A stretch of 49,554 nucleotides of DNA, the filler included, from Catajapyx aquilonaris (Eukaryota), in assembly GCA_000934665.2 (NCBI GenBank). It is 2 parts of 2 records of this genome, joined end to end, with 100 filler letters (N's around TTAATTAATTAA, not from the genome) between each part and the next. Parts side by side here need not be neighbours in the genome. Positions count along the whole stretch, not along the records: positions 24,819 to 49,554 come from JYFJ02005475.1; 1 more part is not named here. One strand, 5' to 3'. The notes under the pieces were generated by a model. That model ran no database searches. It was given only the letters and a program-made list of their open reading frames with translations, and was not told the DNA's origin. Positions 47,345 to 49,554 of the stretch are shown here, in pieces. A program made the position numbers and the translations under genes. Numbering within the stretch: the stretch's first letter is position 1; each line of letters opens with the position of its first letter.

Positions 47345-47804
47345 GTGTGTGTCCTATCATGTTCTTGTTCAGCCAGCACTATTGGTCATTTGGTATAATA
47401 CCAAGAGCTAATGGTAATACGAGAATGCGTAGAAAGACAACTTCAACAATGATGTACTGTACAGTACAACGAAAGGGGAGCTACTGGCATGTCAACACAA
47501 CACTTTTGATTTTCCTTTGAACAGTACGGTAACAATTGAAGTTTCGCGCCAATTGCTTTAGATTACGGTAGTTACGTGTTTAGGGGCGAGTAATTAAAAG
47601 CTCGGATTAGATCAAATTTTGCCAATTGATTATTTATAATTTATAACTAACGTAAAGTATAATCTAAGATTATATTGAAGAAGAAAAACAGCCATAAATA
47701 CTGAAATCATTGAGGGCGACATAGGCTATACTTGAGGCTAAATAGCTCAGAGGTCGAACCAGGTCAGTTTTAGTTCGGAACCATTATCACAGGCACTAAA
47801 TGGG

Positions 47805-47806
<2 letters not shown>

Positions 47807-47894
<88 letters not shown>

Positions 47895-47895
47895 A
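47807..47895. repeat. Compound (AAT)n(AAG)n microsatellite
   Basis: Direct reading. Confidence 0.97.
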
Positions 47896-48256
47896 ACGGT
47901 AAACCAATAAAAATCATGACCTGGGGAAGGCACAGCGTACACTGTAGACTATATACGTAATTATGCTGATTCCGAAAAACTGGGGATCAATCGTCATGAA
48001 AGGCAATGTCTGAAGTTTTGGCTGGGGAAAGGGAGAGGAAAATAGGGGCCGGTATACAAGACAAGAAGTGTCCGATTAGATCGATAGAGAATAATGGCCT
48101 CATGATAATATAACAGTCACCTATTCTGTGATGAGGGTATATTGGACGCGCGGTGTCAAGTGGGAATTGAATGGCAGAGACAGTCATCCATCACTGCACG
48201 TCTGCACCTCAGTCACATTGAAATCTCGTCAAGTAGTATACACTTACGGTATATAC

Positions 48257-48680
48257 CAGGGTGTATCTGAACTGAGTGCCCCGACGTATATGACTGCCTT
48301 CCTAGCCACCAGAGGATCGATTTAAATATAGGAGTCATTATGTCTGGCCGCCGCATTACGGAGATAATTGGCCGCAAACATGTAGTACAAAATATCCTGT
48401 CGGTTAGGCCACCCATCGAACCCTCCCCCAGTCAGAAGGCTCTGGAAGGTCTGGGGGCCGGACTTTGTTGGTTTGTTGCCCACAGGTGGTAAGGCCTCTG
48501 TGGCTAGTTACACCAGAAAATTCTATTTAAAGGTCAGAAGGAGCGATTAGGCAAAAATCGCTAAAGAGTGTATCTCAGTAATGAGGCTGCCCAGACATAA
48601 GACTCCTCTACATAAGTTGATCCTCTGGTGGCTAGGAAGGCAGTCATATACGCCGGGGCACTGAGTTCAGATACACCCTG
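48257..48680. mobile_element. Tc1/mariner-type MITE with about 90-bp TIRs, in intron 2 of the CLIP gene
   Basis: CAGGGTGTATCTGAACTGAGTGCCCCGACGTATATGACTGCCTTCCTAGCCACCAGAGGATC and its near-perfect reverse complement ending ...GATACACCCTG|TA. The track shows the same peptide on both strands. Confidence 0.88.
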
Positions 48681-49309
48681 TATACCGTATGTCATGCATA
48701 TTATTAAAATTTGGGATAAATAATTATTTATTCCATCAAATAATTCCACACAAATTGTTGTGTTAAATCTATAGGCCTACGCTCCAAGCTACGTATATAG
48801 ATTTGTTTCATATCGAGGAATTCGGTGCTTGTCCTGTTATGCCGTTAAACACTTCATAACCTTAACCTCCCACAATGACGTCATATCAACATCTGAATGA
48901 AGGAGGATAGGCTGAAATGACAGCCTGTACCGTGGCCTGTACTGTACTGTACATGGTTATAGCCTATCGAGTAAAACCTGTGTGTCACAGAGGACTTGAC
49001 CCCGTCATCCGCACGCTGTTTCTGTTTGAAAATTATGTTCGCAACTCAAAAGCAATACGGCTGCGGGGCTGCGGCGCGGCGGCTGATGGCTCTTGGTGTG
49101 GTCGATGGTACACCTAGAACAAGTGATTGATTTCTTGTTATTAATGTAGAATTAATTACGTGTTCTAAGTTTATCATCGATTACGCAACCTATGCTAAAG
49201 GTGTGTGTTCAAGAATTCGAGGCATTTTAGTGATCGAGAAGTCAAATTGGGTGAGAGAATTGGCTTCTCGCTCACGATCACGCCCACGCTATACGACAAA
49301 TTCCCGCGA

Positions 49310-49554
49310 GCTTGGGACCAGACCACCCGCCCCTGAACCCGCTCCGGAACCAGCTCCGGAACCCGCTCCTGAACCGGGTGAAACTCTGGAGTCGTTCGCT
49401 CCGAACCCGCTCCGACCTTCGCTCCACTCTTTCCCTGAACCGGCTTGAACCCGTACCCCGTTCCGACGCTCGCTCCGGACTCCGACTCTACTGCTCCGGA
49501 GCGGGTTCGATGTTATCGGGTTCACGGAGCAAGGGTTCGGCTCGGTTCCCAACC
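49310..49554. repeat. GC-rich array of GAACC(C/A)GCTCC repeats, probably a small TIR element running off the window end
   Basis: 12-bp repeats GAACCCGCTCCG (the PEPA peptide in the track) that switch to the inverted GGTTC orientation after about 49500. Ends TTGGGACC / GGTTCCCAA. Confidence 0.6.

Noticed and set aside
49203..49552. PEPAPEPA / GAGS repeat ORFs as structural (silk-like) proteins
   Set aside because: Short, no ATG or splice context, and explained by a 12-bp DNA repeat with inverted copies.

Overview
This is eukaryotic, AT-rich, intron-containing animal genomic DNA, most likely from an arthropod. It is not prokaryotic: I see no operons, CRISPR arrays or rRNA. Four protein-coding genes can be reconstructed from splice sites, all on the + strand: (1) a complete but strongly diverged Rab-family GTPase (5 exons, 14322-16666); (2) immediately downstream, a conserved Rab43/Rab19 orthologue (4 exons, 17579-20113) that shares three intron positions with gene 1, pointing to a tandem duplication; (3) the 3' part of a C2H2 zinc-finger transcription factor (34812-37482, plus a probable 33-nt micro-exon at 29493-29525) with a long Pro/Ser/His-rich tail; (4) the first two exons of a secreted CLIP-domain, masquerade/PPAF2-like serine-protease homologue (46554-47344) with an unusual Trp/Tyr/Pro/Thr-rich N-terminus. 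An isolated fragment of the RFX transcription-factor dimerisation region lies at 21403-21564 (-). Introns and intergenic DNA are full of non-autonomous DNA transposons (hAT, Tc1/mariner-pogo, PIF/Harbinger and piggyBac MITEs, several nested up to three deep), plus a tRNA-derived SINE, a LINE endonuclease fragment, a 10-copy minisatellite and (AAT)n microsatellites. An artificial 100-bp N/TTAATTAATTAA/N spacer at 24719-24818 means the two halves may not be truly adjacent. I found no convincing wholly new biological system; the best leads are the diverged Rab duplicate, the orphan RFX fragment, the motif arrays in the zinc-finger tail and the CLIP protein's aromatic/Pro-rich N-terminus. All gene models are hand-spliced inferences without RNA or database support.
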